A stretch of 64,000 nucleotides of DNA from an uncultured Planctomycetia bacterium (GCA_964572255.1 CAZNEE010000002.1:210942-274941), one strand, 5' to 3'; positions 1 through 11,692 are shown, counted from the stretch's first letter. The notes: a model not told the origin generated them from the letters alone. A program made the numbers and translations.

Positions 1-927
1 GCGTGAATAATTTTCGACGCCCGAGCAATAACCCAGCTCCTGCAGCATCTCCATATCATATCTTGTCCGGCTTTCCAGCCTTTGGGCTTCAAGCAGTTTA
101 CCCGCGTCTCTAAGCTCCGCCAATCGCTCCTTTAATTCCACCGCGATCGACTTTATGGCTTTTGAGATCTTCTCTTCAGTAGTGACAAAATGTTTCGCCG
201 GATAGATCGCTAGCTTATCCAATCTGGCTAAAATATCAAATGTGAGCGGATCTATCTCGGCTATCTTGATTATCTCCTCACCGAAAAACTCGATCCTGTA
301 AGCTGTCTCCTTATACGCCGGGAATATCTCAACGATATCGCCGCGTACCCTGAACTTGCCGCGCTGAAGTTCGATATTGTTACGTTCATATTGTATATCC
401 ACAAGCTTTTTCAATATGTCTTCCCGGGAGACCTCTTCCCCCTTTGTTATATTGACCAGCATAGTGGAATAGTCTTCAGGCGAACCTAATCCGTATATGC
501 AGGATACGCTTGCCACTATTAAAACGTCTTTACGCGAGAATAACGAACTCGTCGCGGAAAGCCTCAAGCGATCGATATCCTCATTGATCGACGCGTCTTT
601 TTCGATATAAACATCGGTCTGAGGGACATATGCTTCGGGTTGGTAATAATCATAATAACTAACAAAATATTCAACCGCATTATTAGGGAAAAATCCTTTA
701 AATTCGGAATATAGCTGTGCCGCAAGGGTTTTATTATGAGATATAACAAGAGTGGGTTTATTAAGTTTTTCGACAATATTCGCCATCGTAAAAGTTTTGC
801 CGCTTCCCGTAACGCCTATAAGCGTTTGGTAACGATTGCCTTTTTTAATAGAATCGGCAATTTGGTCAATGGCTTTGGGCTGATCGCCTGCGGGATTAAG
901 GTCGGTACCTAATTGGAATTTGTCCAT
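1..927 (-). CDS. uvrB: Excinuclease ABC subunit B (5' part; runs off the left edge)
   Basis: Manual translation from ATG at 927: [20 protein letters not shown]...[14 protein letters not shown]...[14 protein letters not shown]...[16 protein letters not shown] (Walker A and UvrB beta-hairpin). Absent from the ORF track because it has no stop in the window. Confidence 0.97.
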   Translation of the reverse strand, partial: MDKFQLGTDLNPAGDQPKAIDQIADSIKKGNRYQTLIGVTGSGKTFTMANIVEKLNKPTLVISHNKTLAAQLYSEFKGFFPNNAVEYFVSYYDYYQPEAYVPQTDVYIEKDASINEDIDRLRLSATSSLFSRKDVLIVASVSCIYGLGSPEDYSTMLVNITKGEEVSREDILKKLVDIQYERNNIELQRGKFRVRGDIVEIFPAYKETAYRIEFFGEEIIKIAEIDPLTFDILARLDKLAIYPAKHFVTTEEKISKAIKSIAVELKERLAELRDAGKLLEAQRLESRTRYDMEMLQELGYCSGVENYSR

Positions 928-942
928 CTTGAGAGCAGTCTT

Positions 943-1833
943 CTATGACTTAACGATAATTTCAAGGCTAAAATCTATCGGGTCTATGGAACTTGTAATT
1001 GAACCGGTTGATATGCGATCAACGCCTGTTTCGGCATATTCTCTCACATTATCAAGCGTAATGCCGCCTGATGCCTCAAAAAGGACTTTTCCTTCAAGAC
1101 CTTTTTCGCGGCGGAGTTGAACGGCTTTTTTTAGTTTTTCAGCAGACATGTTATCCAGCATTATTATATCGGGCTTTTCATCCAGCGCGTATTCGCATTC
1201 TTTTAATGTTTCAACCTCTATCTCTATTTTTACATTCTGCTGAACGGAAGATCTTGCTTTTTTTATCATCTCCTGAATAACAGCCTGCGTATCAAGCCCG
1301 GGATTATCTTCACTATAAGCCCTTACGTGGTTGTCCTTGATCAGGACCATGTCCCATAATCCGTACCTGTGATTCACTCCCCCGCCTGTTTTTACGGCAT
1401 ATTTTTCAAAATACCTGTGGAGCGGAATTGTCTTTCTTGTATCATAGATCTTAGCGTTTGTGCCCTCGACAAGATCGACCATTTCACGGGTTTTTGTAGC
1501 GACACTGCTTAAAAGAGACAGAAAATTAAGCGCTGTTCTCTCGGCCCTTAAAATAGAACGCACGTTGCCTTCTACAAACGCTATTTCCTGCTCCGGCTCG
1601 ATTTCTTCCCCGTCCTTCACCATCGGACGAAACCTTAAAGTATCATCACAGGAAGCAAAAACCCTTTCGATTATTTCCATGCCGCAGACCATTCCGGAGG
1701 TGCGTGAAATTACCACAGCATCGGCCTCTTGGGCATCACTAATAACGGCTTCCGAAGTGATATCACCCTGCCAGGTATCCTCTTTAATGGCAAAACGGAT
1801 TATTTGATCGACTCTTCTTTGATCCAGATTCAT
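943..1833 (-). CDS. nadC: Quinolinate phosphoribosyltransferase (nicotinate-nucleotide diphosphorylase)
   Basis: DTRKT, NHRYGLWDMVLIKDNH, EIEVE, IMLDNM, EASGGIT motifs. Confidence 0.97.
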   Translation of the reverse strand: MNLDQRRVDQIIRFAIKEDTWQGDITSEAVISDAQEADAVVISRTSGMVCGMEIIERVFASCDDTLRFRPMVKDGEEIEPEQEIAFVEGNVRSILRAERTALNFLSLLSSVATKTREMVDLVEGTNAKIYDTRKTIPLHRYFEKYAVKTGGGVNHRYGLWDMVLIKDNHVRAYSEDNPGLDTQAVIQEMIKKARSSVQQNVKIEIEVETLKECEYALDEKPDIIMLDNMSAEKLKKAVQLRREKGLEGKVLFEASGGITLDNVREYAETGVDRISTGSITSSIDPIDFSLEIIVKS

Positions 1834-2546
1834 AGGTTTCTTAAGATTTCTATTTCCTCTTTTGTAAGTTCCCTGTATTCGCCTTCTTTCAAGTCTCCCA
1901 GACTTAAACCCGCATAAACAATGCGTTTAAGTTCAAGTACTCTATGTCCGAAGGTGCCGAATATGCGTTTTATCTGTCTCTTTTTACCCTCATGCAAGTG
2001 TACTGTAAGGATAGAAAATCTCGGCCCTTTGCTTACGACCTGAATTTCACAGGGAGCCAATTTTTTGCCGTCTAGATTTATACCGCTTTCTATCCTCTCC
2101 AGGCTCTCATCCGTTATTTCGTTACTGACTTTGACGAGATAAACCTTTTCCACTTCGGATTTGGGATGGGCAAGCTTATGGGTCAGTTCGCCATCGTTCG
2201 ACACAAGGATTATGCCGGTCGTATCCTTATCCAGCCGGCCTATAGGATACAGCCTCGCATTGATGCCCTTGAAAAAATCCGTTACTTTCTTGCGTTCCTG
2301 GGGGTCGTAAGCTGTGGATATGACGCCTTTCGGTTTATGGAAAAGAAACGTGTATTTTACTTCATCGCCTTCAGGAAGAGGTCTACCCTCAACAAGTATC
2401 TCGCATTCGGCTGCATCTACTCTGTATCCCTTCTCTTTTACAACTTCACCATCAACCGTTACTTTGCCTTCTTCGATCATTTTGGCCGCGTTCCTGCGGC
2501 TGGTTACCCCGGCCTGTGAGATGATAGTCTGCAGTCTCTTTTTCAC
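1830..2546 (-). CDS. rluB: rRNA pseudouridine synthase, RsuA/RluB family with S4 domain
   Basis: RLQTIISQAGVTSRR S4 domain; catalytic GRLDKDTTG; LHEGKKRQIKR. Exact paralogue uncertain. Confidence 0.85.
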   Translation of the reverse strand: MKKRLQTIISQAGVTSRRNAAKMIEEGKVTVDGEVVKEKGYRVDAAECEILVEGRPLPEGDEVKYTFLFHKPKGVISTAYDPQERKKVTDFFKGINARLYPIGRLDKDTTGIILVSNDGELTHKLAHPKSEVEKVYLVKVSNEITDESLERIESGINLDGKKLAPCEIQVVSKGPRFSILTVHLHEGKKRQIKRIFGTFGHRVLELKRIVYAGLSLGDLKEGEYRELTKEEIEILRNL

Positions 2547-5224
2547 TTCAGTGCCTCCAGGTTGTCTTTTAGATTTTGAAGCTGGGCCTCGTATCTCGTT
2601 TCCTTGTCTTTTTCCTTGGCCACAACCTCCGGAGGTGCATTATCAGTAAATCCTTTGTTCGCGAGCTTCTTCCCGATGCTTTTAAGAAAATCCTCCAGCT
2701 CGCCTTTCCTCTTCTCTATCCGCACTCTTTCCTTTTCAACATCAACAATGCCGCTAAGCGAAATGATCACCCTCGCGCCTCCCGCAAGCGCGGAAACAGA
2801 CTGATCGGGTTTAGTGAACTTCTCGTCCACAATGTTTGCCTTGCATTTAGCTAACTTTTCCATGTAATGCTTGTTATCCTCAAAAATATCCTTATTTTTT
2901 ACGCTCACGAACACGTTTATCTCATCCTTGTGGGGAATGTTCCAGAAAGCCCTGCTGTTACGTATGGAAGTAATCACCGATATAAGGTTTTCCATGCCGT
3001 CTAAAGCTTCCGCGTCAATAAGTTTCTTATCCGCCTTTGGCCAGCTTGAAGTCATGAGCCATTTGTCTTTCTCGCCCGGCATCCTTTGCCATATATCTTC
3101 AGTTATGAACGGCATGAAAGAATGCAGGAGTTTCAAGATCCCTTTAAGAACGGTTAAAAGCACATTCTGGGTCGTTTCTTTGTCTTCCGATAACTTCGAG
3201 ACTTCAAGGTACCAATCACAGTACTTGTGCCATATAAAATCATAAAGAACGCTGGAAGCGTCATTAAACCGGTAATTTTCCAAAGCTTTTGTTGCGTCCC
3301 GAGCGGTCTTCTGGAGCTGGCTTAATATCCATTTATCGGCCAGTGTTTTTCTGTCTTCTTCGATCTTCTTATCCAAATAGTCATCATTTATGTTCATCAG
3401 CACATAACGCGACGCGTTCCACAATTTATTCGCGAAATTTCTGCCGATCTCAAATTTGTCTTTCGATAAGAAAACATCCTGCCCCTGGGAAGTGATCGAG
3501 ATTATACTGAAACGTAAAGCATCGCTTCCCACCTCATCAATAATTTCAAGAGGATCTATGACATTGCCTAAGGATTTCGACATCTTCGTCCCGGTTGAGT
3601 CCCTGACAGTACCGTGTATATAAACATCCTTAAAAGGTATGTCCTTGCGGAACTTTAAACCCGCCATTATCATCCTGGCCACCCAGAAGAATATGATCTC
3701 CTGAGCTGTTACCAATGCGTCTGTGGGATAAAAAACTTCCAGATCTTTTGTTTCTTCCGGCCATCCTAAAGTCGAGATAGGCCACAGCCATGAACTGAAC
3801 CAGGTATCCAATACATCCGGATCCTGTTCTATTTTTCCGCTGCCGCATGACGGGCACCTGTCCGGAATCTCCGCGCCGACATATACGCCCTTCTTCCCGG
3901 GCTCGGATATTTCCACGTCCCGGACGTTCTTAGCCCCGAGACAATCCTTGCAATACCACACAGGTATACGGTGCCCCCACCATATCTGGCGTGATATGCA
4001 CCAATCACGTATATTTTTCATCCAGTTAAGATAAACTTTTGTCCATCTTGCCGGATAGAATTTTATCTTTCCGTCCTTAACGACTTTTATCCCCTCTTTT
4101 GCGAGAGGTTTCATTTTGACGAACCATTGTTTTGAAAGACGCGGTTCCACTACAGTATGGCACCTGTAGCAATGTCCGACAGCATGATCGTGTTCTTCAG
4201 CTCTTATAAAAAGTTTTCTTTGTTTCAGGTCCTCTATGATGGCTTCACGGCATTCAAACCTGTCCATACCTTCATAATCTTCACCGACAGCGTTTATCGT
4301 GCCGTCGCTATTCATGGCATTAACGCTTCCCAGCCCATGTTTGGTGCCAAGTTCAAAGTCTACGGGATCATGCGCGGGAGTCACTTTAAGGGCCCCTGTG
4401 CCGAACTCGGGATCCACTGTCTCATCAAAGATCACTTTAAGTTCGCGTTTTAAGATCGGAAGGATTAGCGTTTTTCCTTTTAGACCGGTATATCTGGGGT
4501 CTTTAGGATTAACCGCTACCGCAACGTCACCCAGCATGGTCTCCGGCCTGGTGGTCGCGACAACAACATAATCTTCGTTCTCTTTCTCTACTTTTTCTCT
4601 GCCTTTAACCGGATACTTTATGTAATAAAGCATGCCCTGAGTATCCCTGTGTTCTGCCTCTTCATCACTCAGGGCTGTTTCACATCTCGGACACCAGTTT
4701 ATGATATAGTCGCCTTTATATATGAGCCCTTCATTATACAGCCGCACAAAAACTTCTTTGACCGCATTGGAAAGCCCCTCATCCATGGTAAACCTGGTGC
4801 GTTCCCAGTCGCAGGAACAGCCCAGTTTCTTCAGCTGATGAATAATGGTGTTGCCGTATTCATCCTTCCACTGCCAGACTTTTTCCAGGAATTTTTCGCG
4901 TCCGAGATCCGCTCTTTTTATGTTCTCTTTAGCCAGCTCCCGCTCGACAACATTTTGAGTCGCTATCCCGGCATGGTCCGTGCCCGGCAGCCATAAAGCT
5001 TCGCAACCCTGCATGCGTCTTGAGCGGATGATTATATCCTGAATTGTATTATTGAGGGCATGCCCCATGTGGAGTATCCCGGTAATGTTCGGCGGAGGTA
5101 TGACTATAGAGTAAGGAGTTTTACTTGAAGCGTTGTCGGCATGGAAAAGATCCTCTCCGGCCCACTTACCATAGATAGCTTCTTCCGTCTGCTTGGGATC
5201 ATATTTTGTAGGCATTTCTTTCAT
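2543..5224 (-). CDS. valS: Valine--tRNA ligase
   Basis: PPPNITGILHMGHA (HIGH), DWCISRQIWWGHRIP, KMSKS, C-terminal coiled coil. Start placed at ATG 5224 (MKEMPTKYDP) rather than 5269, which overlaps cimA. Confidence 0.97.
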   Translation of the reverse strand: MKEMPTKYDPKQTEEAIYGKWAGEDLFHADNASSKTPYSIVIPPPNITGILHMGHALNNTIQDIIIRSRRMQGCEALWLPGTDHAGIATQNVVERELAKENIKRADLGREKFLEKVWQWKDEYGNTIIHQLKKLGCSCDWERTRFTMDEGLSNAVKEVFVRLYNEGLIYKGDYIINWCPRCETALSDEEAEHRDTQGMLYYIKYPVKGREKVEKENEDYVVVATTRPETMLGDVAVAVNPKDPRYTGLKGKTLILPILKRELKVIFDETVDPEFGTGALKVTPAHDPVDFELGTKHGLGSVNAMNSDGTINAVGEDYEGMDRFECREAIIEDLKQRKLFIRAEEHDHAVGHCYRCHTVVEPRLSKQWFVKMKPLAKEGIKVVKDGKIKFYPARWTKVYLNWMKNIRDWCISRQIWWGHRIPVWYCKDCLGAKNVRDVEISEPGKKGVYVGAEIPDRCPSCGSGKIEQDPDVLDTWFSSWLWPISTLGWPEETKDLEVFYPTDALVTAQEIIFFWVARMIMAGLKFRKDIPFKDVYIHGTVRDSTGTKMSKSLGNVIDPLEIIDEVGSDALRFSIISITSQGQDVFLSKDKFEIGRNFANKLWNASRYVLMNINDDYLDKKIEEDRKTLADKWILSQLQKTARDATKALENYRFNDASSVLYDFIWHKYCDWYLEVSKLSEDKETTQNVLLTVLKGILKLLHSFMPFITEDIWQRMPGEKDKWLMTSSWPKADKKLIDAEALDGMENLISVITSIRNSRAFWNIPHKDEINVFVSVKNKDIFEDNKHYMEKLAKCKANIVDEKFTKPDQSVSALAGGARVIISLSGIVDVEKERVRIEKRKGELEDFLKSIGKKLANKGFTDNAPPEVVAKEKDKETRYEAQLQNLKDNLEALK

Positions 5225-5231
5225 AGGCGGT

Positions 5232-6836
5232 TTATTTTCTAGACCTGCCCTTTCTTTTTTTTCCTTCATCTTTCGCGAATTTGTACTCGATCGAATCTAT
5301 GAGAGCGAGCCAGCTTGCTTCGATAATATTTTCGGAAACTCCGACTGTCCACCAGTTGTCCGTCTTATCCTGAGATTGGATAAGTACGCGCACTTTTGCC
5401 GCGGTACCCGCTTTTTCGTCAAGAACCCTTACCCTGAAATCCGACAAGTGCATATCGTTCAATGACGGATAAAATGAAACTAAAGCTTTTCTGAGAGCCT
5501 GGTCTAATGCATGGACAGGGCCGTCTCCCAGGGCGACTGTATGTTTTACTTTATTGCCGATCTTTACTTTCACGGTCGCTTCTGAAACTATTTCAGTTTC
5601 GCCGCGCTTCTCGACCATGATCCTTAGGTCCTGAAGTTCAAAATGTTTCTTGAAAACTTCCTGCGCCCGTCTCATGAGAAGCATCAGCGATGCTTCCGCC
5701 AATTCGAACTGATACCCGTCACTTTCAAGATCCTGGACATGCATAAGGATCTTTTTTGCCTTATCGGAAGATTTGTCTATTTTGATACCAAGTTCCTCAG
5801 CCTTGCCGAGTATGCTTGATTTGCCCGAAAGCTCTGATATGAGCATTCTGCGCCTATTCCCGACTTTTTCCGGGTCAATATGTTCGTATGACTTTGGATC
5901 TTTAAGTATAGCGTTAACATGCACGCCGGCTTTATGGGCAAAAGCGCTCGAGCCCACATAAGGCTGAAAATCCAGCTGCTTCATATTTGAGATCTCTGCG
6001 ATATATCTGGAAACCTCTGTCAGCTCTTTAAGGGAAAAATCCGACAAACAGTCCATGCTGAGTTTATATCTTAAAGCGGGGATTATCGATACAAGATTGG
6101 CATTCCCGCATCTTTCCCCGTAACCGTTAAACGTACCCTGGACCTGCGTGCATCCCGCCTGCACGGCCGCAACAGAGTTCGCGACCGCCATCTCGGAATC
6201 ATTGTGTGTATGAATGCCGAGCGGCGCTTTTATCTTCTCTCTCACTTCTTCTGTTATCTCGAAGATCCGGCTTGTAACAGTACCGCCGTTGGTATCACAC
6301 AGAATAAGGACTTCAGCTCCCCCGTCAAGCGCGGCTTTAAGCGTATCAACGGCATATTCGGGATTATCCTTATATCCGTCAAAAAAGTGTTCCGCATCAA
6401 ACATTACATGACGGCCTTTTTTCTTGAGGTACTTGATCGAATCGGCTATCATGTTCAGGTTTTCCTGCAAGGTCGTTCTGAGCACATCTCTCACATGAAG
6501 ATCCCAGCTCTTGCCGAAAATGGTTATATGCTTCGTTTGAGATTTAAGAAGCCCCTTCATTACCGCATCTGTTGCTGCGCTTGCATTTGCCCGGCGTGTT
6601 GACCCGAACGCAACAAGCTTGGATTTTTTAAGCTTTAGGTCCTTCGCGGCGACCTTGAAGAACTCGTCATCTTTCGGATTAGAGCCGGGCCATCCTCCTT
6701 CGATAAAATCGATGCCGATCTCATCCAGTTTTTCCGCGATCCGGATTTTATCTTTTATGGTAAAAGAGATCCCTTCAAACTGGGCGCCATCTCTTAACGT
6801 GGTATCATAAATGTAGATTTTTTCCATGCTTGTCAC
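5232..6836 (-). CDS. cimA: Citramalate synthase (LeuA/CimA family)
   Basis: YDTTLRDGAQ, IEGGWPGSNPKD, FGKSWDLHV, FDAEHFFDG, HTHND, GYGERCGNANL; C-terminal regulatory domain GDGPVHALDQALRKAL. Start may be 6827. Confidence 0.9.
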   Translation of the reverse strand: MTSMEKIYIYDTTLRDGAQFEGISFTIKDKIRIAEKLDEIGIDFIEGGWPGSNPKDDEFFKVAAKDLKLKKSKLVAFGSTRRANASAATDAVMKGLLKSQTKHITIFGKSWDLHVRDVLRTTLQENLNMIADSIKYLKKKGRHVMFDAEHFFDGYKDNPEYAVDTLKAALDGGAEVLILCDTNGGTVTSRIFEITEEVREKIKAPLGIHTHNDSEMAVANSVAAVQAGCTQVQGTFNGYGERCGNANLVSIIPALRYKLSMDCLSDFSLKELTEVSRYIAEISNMKQLDFQPYVGSSAFAHKAGVHVNAILKDPKSYEHIDPEKVGNRRRMLISELSGKSSILGKAEELGIKIDKSSDKAKKILMHVQDLESDGYQFELAEASLMLLMRRAQEVFKKHFELQDLRIMVEKRGETEIVSEATVKVKIGNKVKHTVALGDGPVHALDQALRKALVSFYPSLNDMHLSDFRVRVLDEKAGTAAKVRVLIQSQDKTDNWWTVGVSENIIEASWLALIDSIEYKFAKDEGKKRKGRSRK

Positions 6837-6883
6837 TCCTTGCTCCGGTCTGTCTCCAAAAAAGAAGTTCTGGACCTGAATGC

Positions 6884-8110
6884 CTACTTCTTGCCTAATC
6901 CGAACGCGCTGTGGACAGCTTTAACAGCTTTCCCGGCGTCATCTTTATTTATTACACATGAAATTTTTATTTCGCTGGTGGAGATCATATTAATATTTAC
7001 TTTTTTCTTAGCAAGCGCGCCGAACATCTTTGCCGCAACGCCGGAATGGCTTCTCATCCCGACGCCTACAATAGAAACCTTTGCTATATTGTTGTTGTAT
7101 TGAACTTTCCCGGCGCCGATCTTTTTGACGATTCTACCCACTACTTCTTTTGTCCGTATAAGGCCCGCAGCCGGCACGGTAAAAGAAATATCGGTAATGC
7201 CTGTATGTGAAACGTTTTGAACGATCATATCAACATTAACATCGGCTTTTGCGAGCCCTTCAAACAGCTTGCTTGCCTCTCCGGGTTTATCCGGAACATC
7301 GCGCACGGTAACTTTAGCTTCATTTTTATCAACCGTGACACCTCTAACCAGAACATCTTCCATTTTCTTGACCTCCCTGCTTATCAGAGTACCTTTTTCG
7401 TTCGAAAAACTTGATCTTACATAGATCGGTACATTGAATTTTCCGGCAACTTCCATGCTTCTTGCCTGCATCACCTGAGCGCCCAGTGACGCCAGTTCCA
7501 ACATTTCCTCATAACTTATATTGTCAAGCTTGCGGGCGTCCTTGACGACTCTTGGATCCGCGGTATAAACCCCTTTTACATCCGTATATATCTCACACAC
7601 CTCGGCATTAAGAACCTTTGCCAGAGCAACGGCCGTCATGTCCGAACCGCCTCTTCCGAGAGTGGTGATCTCCTGATCGGGGCTTATTCCCTGAAAACCC
7701 GCGACGATCACGATCTTGCCTTTCTTAAGCTGCTCTTTTATCTTGGCGGAATTCACGTCTTTTATCTTGGCCTTCGTGTGGGATTTATCGGTAATTATGC
7801 CGACCTGCGCTCCTGTAAATGAGATCGCTTCCCGGCCGATCTTGTGCAACGCCATCGCGAGAAGCGCGACCGATATCTGCTCGCCCGTTGACATCAGCAT
7901 GTCAAGCTCTCTCGCGGAAGGATCAGGATGTACCTGGTCAGCCAATTTTAAAAGTTCATCGGTTGTATCGCCCAAAGCGGATACGACAACCACCACGTTG
8001 TAGCCTTTTTTTCTGCATGCGGCCACTTTTTTGGCAACACCTTTGATCTTCTCAGGGTTAGCAACGCTTGTCCCGCCGAATTTTTGTACTATTATACCTT
8101 TGCGTTTCAT
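6884..8110 (-). CDS. lysC: Aspartate kinase with two ACT domains
   Basis: VQKFGGTSV, VVVVSALG, TTLGRGGSDMTAVA, YTDVKGVYTADPR, ISTSEIKISC. Confidence 0.95.
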   Translation of the reverse strand: MKRKGIIVQKFGGTSVANPEKIKGVAKKVAACRKKGYNVVVVVSALGDTTDELLKLADQVHPDPSARELDMLMSTGEQISVALLAMALHKIGREAISFTGAQVGIITDKSHTKAKIKDVNSAKIKEQLKKGKIVIVAGFQGISPDQEITTLGRGGSDMTAVALAKVLNAEVCEIYTDVKGVYTADPRVVKDARKLDNISYEEMLELASLGAQVMQARSMEVAGKFNVPIYVRSSFSNEKGTLISREVKKMEDVLVRGVTVDKNEAKVTVRDVPDKPGEASKLFEGLAKADVNVDMIVQNVSHTGITDISFTVPAAGLIRTKEVVGRIVKKIGAGKVQYNNNIAKVSIVGVGMRSHSGVAAKMFGALAKKKVNINMISTSEIKISCVINKDDAGKAVKAVHSAFGLGKK

Positions 8111-8119
8111 CTCTCTTTC

Positions 8120-9325
8120 TTATCCCCTTTCTGAAAGAAGAATTTTCATCAGTTCATGGCCTTTTTTCAGATGCATGCTTCCCGCTTTAGCTGCTTTTTC
8201 GGTGAACACGGTCACGTCGTCAGCTTCGACTCCCGGACCCGCCATGGCAAAAGGAACCGGGTCAGCGGTATGAGTCCTCTTCTTTATAGGAGTCGGGTGA
8301 TCCGGAAGAACCAGCACGCGATACTGGGCTCCCTTTTCGGTAAGCCCTTTAACAATGTTCCCGACTATCTTAGAGTCAAAATTTTCTATAGCTGTCAGCT
8401 TCGCAAGAACATCACCATTATGCCCGGCTTCATCAGTGGCCTCTACATGAACGAACACCATGTCGTTCCTTTCCAGAATACCAAGCGCGGCTTCAGCTTT
8501 GCCTTCATAATTTGTATCATAATAACCGGTAGCGCCCGGCACATTAACAACTTCAAGCCCCAGCACTCTGCCCATTCCTTTCAAGAGATCCACCGCTGAT
8601 ATAACCCCTCCGGTCACTCCGTATGCATCGATAAATTTGGGCATGTCGGGCTTTTTGCCCTGCCCCCAGATCCAGATCATATTAGCGGGGTTCTGCCCCA
8701 GATCAAGGCGCACCTTATTTATGTCATGATCTTTGAGAATATCCTTTGACTTCTCCATAAGATCGACTAATTCCTGTTCCTTGGGAAGATGTTTGGATAC
8801 CGCTTTATCCAAAATATCATGCGGCGGATGGCATAAAACTTTAGACAACCTATCAGCTTCTTCCGAAGAGGCGCAATGGACCATAAGAAGATTGCGATAA
8901 CTGGTCCCGGGATAGAAATGATATCTGTCGCTTGCAAGTTTTTCGTTTAAAAGTTCGGTAAGAACTTTTACTTCCTGGCTGGTTATATGACCGGCGCTGT
9001 AATCTATCATCTTATCATCATGAACGGTAACAGTATTGAACCTGAAAGCAACATCAACCTCAGAAAGTTCTACTCCGAGATTAGCCGCTTCCAATGGTCC
9101 CCGTCCGCAATAATATTTTTTAGGGTCATACCCGAGTATGGATAAATTGGCTATGTCACTTGCCGGTGTCATGCCTTTCGGAACATTATTCGTGGTACCT
9201 ACGATACCCTTGCGCGCTATCATATCCATGTTCGGGGTATTAGCCGCTTCCATGCAAGTACGATCGTTAAGTTCTTCCAGAGGCAGATCCGACATGCCGT
9301 CCGGCACTAAAATCACATATTTCAT
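8120..9325 (-). CDS. ApgM-family alkaline-phosphatase-superfamily enzyme (cofactor-independent phosphoglycerate mutase / proposed homoserine kinase)
   Basis: ILVPDGMSD, PASDIANLSILGYDP, GRGPLEAA, HVEATDEAGHNGD, LPDHPTP, THTADPVP; lies between thrC and lysC. Confidence 0.85.
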   Translation of the reverse strand: MKYVILVPDGMSDLPLEELNDRTCMEAANTPNMDMIARKGIVGTTNNVPKGMTPASDIANLSILGYDPKKYYCGRGPLEAANLGVELSEVDVAFRFNTVTVHDDKMIDYSAGHITSQEVKVLTELLNEKLASDRYHFYPGTSYRNLLMVHCASSEEADRLSKVLCHPPHDILDKAVSKHLPKEQELVDLMEKSKDILKDHDINKVRLDLGQNPANMIWIWGQGKKPDMPKFIDAYGVTGGVISAVDLLKGMGRVLGLEVVNVPGATGYYDTNYEGKAEAALGILERNDMVFVHVEATDEAGHNGDVLAKLTAIENFDSKIVGNIVKGLTEKGAQYRVLVLPDHPTPIKKRTHTADPVPFAMAGPGVEADDVTVFTEKAAKAGSMHLKKGHELMKILLSERG

Positions 9326-9326
9326 C

Positions 9327-10388
9327 TTATAATCCGGCCTCCCTCACAACATCTTCCAATTTGGCGTCTACAACAACAGGTTTGGCAACTTGTTTTATCG
9401 CGCAATCAGGATCTTTTAAACCGTGTCCGGTCAATACGCAAACTATATCTTTTTTATTTTTCTCATCACCTTTATCAAAATAACCTTCTTCAGCTTTTTT
9501 CAAAACACCCGCCACACTCGCAGCCGATGCCGGTTCGGCGAATATGCCTACACCGCCGGCCAAAAGTTTATATGCTTCTATGATCGCCTCATCAGTCACC
9601 TTATCGATCAGCCCGCCGGATTCATCGCGTGCCGCCTCAGCGGTTTTCCAGCTTGCAGGGTTGCCTATTTTGATCGCGGTCGCTATAGTCTTTGGTTCTT
9701 TTATAGGATGACCTTCGACTATCGGAGCCGATCCAGCCGCCTGGAAGCCTATCATCTTCGGCAAGCTATCTATTTTGCCTTTCTCCAAATATTCTTTATA
9801 ACCTTTCCAGTAAGCAGTGATGTTGCCCGCATTGCCGACAGGCAGCGCGTGGAACGCAGGCGCATGTCCCAAGGCATCACATACTTCAAATGCAGCGGTT
9901 TTCTGCCCTTCGATCCTATATGGATTAATTGAGTTAACTAAAGTTATCGGATATTTATCGGCAAGCTCACAAACTATCTCTAACGCCTGATCAAAATTTC
10001 CGCGCACAGCTATGACTTTAGCGTTATGGATCAAGGCTTGAGCGAGTTTCCCCAAAGCGATCGCTCCCTCAGGAATAACGACAACACACTTTATGCCGGC
10101 CCTTACCGCATATGCCGCAGCGGAAGCTGAAGTATTCCCGGTTGACGCGCAGGTCACAGCTTTCGATCCTTCCTCAACCGCCTTGGATACAGCTACAGTC
10201 ATGCCTCTATCCTTAAAGCTTGCGGTAGGATTAAGCCCCTCGTATTTCAGCCATACATTATATCCGGAGCCGACTTTCTCGGCCAAAAAATCAGCTTTAA
10301 CAAGCGGAGTACTGCCTTCCTCTAAACTTATAACAGGAGTTTTATCGCTCACCGGAAGATAATCTTTGTATCTTTCTATTACGCCCAT
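9327..10388 (-). CDS. thrC: Threonine synthase
   Basis: [14 protein letters not shown] (PLP lysine), [37 protein letters not shown]. Confidence 0.96.
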   Translation of the reverse strand: MGVIERYKDYLPVSDKTPVISLEEGSTPLVKADFLAEKVGSGYNVWLKYEGLNPTASFKDRGMTVAVSKAVEEGSKAVTCASTGNTSASAAAYAVRAGIKCVVVIPEGAIALGKLAQALIHNAKVIAVRGNFDQALEIVCELADKYPITLVNSINPYRIEGQKTAAFEVCDALGHAPAFHALPVGNAGNITAYWKGYKEYLEKGKIDSLPKMIGFQAAGSAPIVEGHPIKEPKTIATAIKIGNPASWKTAEAARDESGGLIDKVTDEAIIEAYKLLAGGVGIFAEPASAASVAGVLKKAEEGYFDKGDEKNKKDIVCVLTGHGLKDPDCAIKQVAKPVVVDAKLEDVVREAGL

Positions 10389-11692
10389 TCTTCTTCCTCG
10401 ATTCTGATAACAACAGTTTTATCCTTAATGTATTCTAATTTATCAACACTCTCGATGGCTTTTCGCATATTGCCTTCTTCGGCCTTGTGAGTAAGGATAA
10501 TAACCGGCACTACCTCACCTACTGAATGTTCTTCCTGAGAAACATTGGCGATACTGATATCATTATCCGCAAGTATCTTTGATATCCCCGCCAAAACGCC
10601 CGGTTTATCCACAGCAGAGAATCGCAGGTAATAAGAGGTTTTCAGTTCTTCCATGCGGCTGATATCCAGAGAGTTCCCTGCATAGGCAAGGTTATACCCC
10701 ATGTTATTCTTGCCGTCCGAAAAAGCTATTTGTTTCGCCGCATCAACTATATCACCTATCACGGAACTTGAGGTCGGCCGGCCTCCTGCTCCTTTTCCGT
10801 AAAGAAGCGATTCGCCTACAAAATCCCCGTCCACAAATATCGCGTTATCCGAGCCCTTCACATCTGAAAGAAGATGTGAAGAAGCTATAAGGGTCGGGTG
10901 GACTCTCAGCTGAAGTTCACCGTCCGCTCTTTTTGCTATGGCCAGAAGCTTTATGCTGTAACCCCACCTGGCGGCATATTCTATATCCTGCGGACCTATT
11001 TTGGTTATGCCTTCGGTATAAATATCGTCGGGTGATACTTCTATCCCGAAACCAAGCAAAGAAAGTATGGCGAGTTTATGCGCGCTGTCCTTGCCGCTTA
11101 TATCGAGTTCAGGATCAGCTTCCGCAATGCCTTTCTCCTGCGCAACAGAAAGCGCGTCACTGAAACCGCATTTATCCTTGTCCATCTTAGTCAGGATAAA
11201 GTTAGTGGTCCCGTTCAGGATGCCGTACACAACATTAAAATTGTTTGATACAAAACTTTCCTGCAAAGTACGGATTATCGGTATTGATCCCCCTACGCTC
11301 GCTTCAAACTTTACAAAAACATTGTTCTCCGAAGCGGCCCCGAAGATCTCCTTCCAGCATTCCGATAAAAGGGCTTTATTCGCGGTCACAACATGTTTTT
11401 TGTTCTTTATCGCGCTTAGAACAATTTTCTTCGCGGGATCTATGCCTCCGATAAGCTCAACAATAATATCAATATCGCCTGAAGAGATAAGCTCATCAGC
11501 ATTGCCGGTCTTGATGGATGCGTCTTTAGCATTTATGCTGTTAAGGGCATTTTTGTCCTTGTCGCATATTCCCTTCAGAACCAAAGACACGCCGGTTCTG
11601 TCAGCGATCAGCTTCCCGTTTGAAATGATGCCTTCGGCAACTGCCTTACCGACAGCTCCAAGTCCTATTAATCCTATGTTTACGGTTTTCAT
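10379..11692 (-). CDS. hom: Homoserine dehydrogenase with C-terminal ACT domain
   Basis: [73 protein letters not shown]. Confidence 0.96.
   Translation of the reverse strand: MKTVNIGLIGLGAVGKAVAEGIISNGKLIADRTGVSLVLKGICDKDKNALNSINAKDASIKTGNADELISSGDIDIIVELIGGIDPAKKIVLSAIKNKKHVVTANKALLSECWKEIFGAASENNVFVKFEASVGGSIPIIRTLQESFVSNNFNVVYGILNGTTNFILTKMDKDKCGFSDALSVAQEKGIAEADPELDISGKDSAHKLAILSLLGFGIEVSPDDIYTEGITKIGPQDIEYAARWGYSIKLLAIAKRADGELQLRVHPTLIASSHLLSDVKGSDNAIFVDGDFVGESLLYGKGAGGRPTSSSVIGDIVDAAKQIAFSDGKNNMGYNLAYAGNSLDISRMEELKTSYYLRFSAVDKPGVLAGISKILADNDISIANVSQEEHSVGEVVPVIILTHKAEEGNMRKAIESVDKLEYIKDKTVVIRIEEEEWA

Noticed and set aside
564-776. 70-aa minus-strand ORF in the track
   Set aside because: Out-of-frame ORF inside uvrB.
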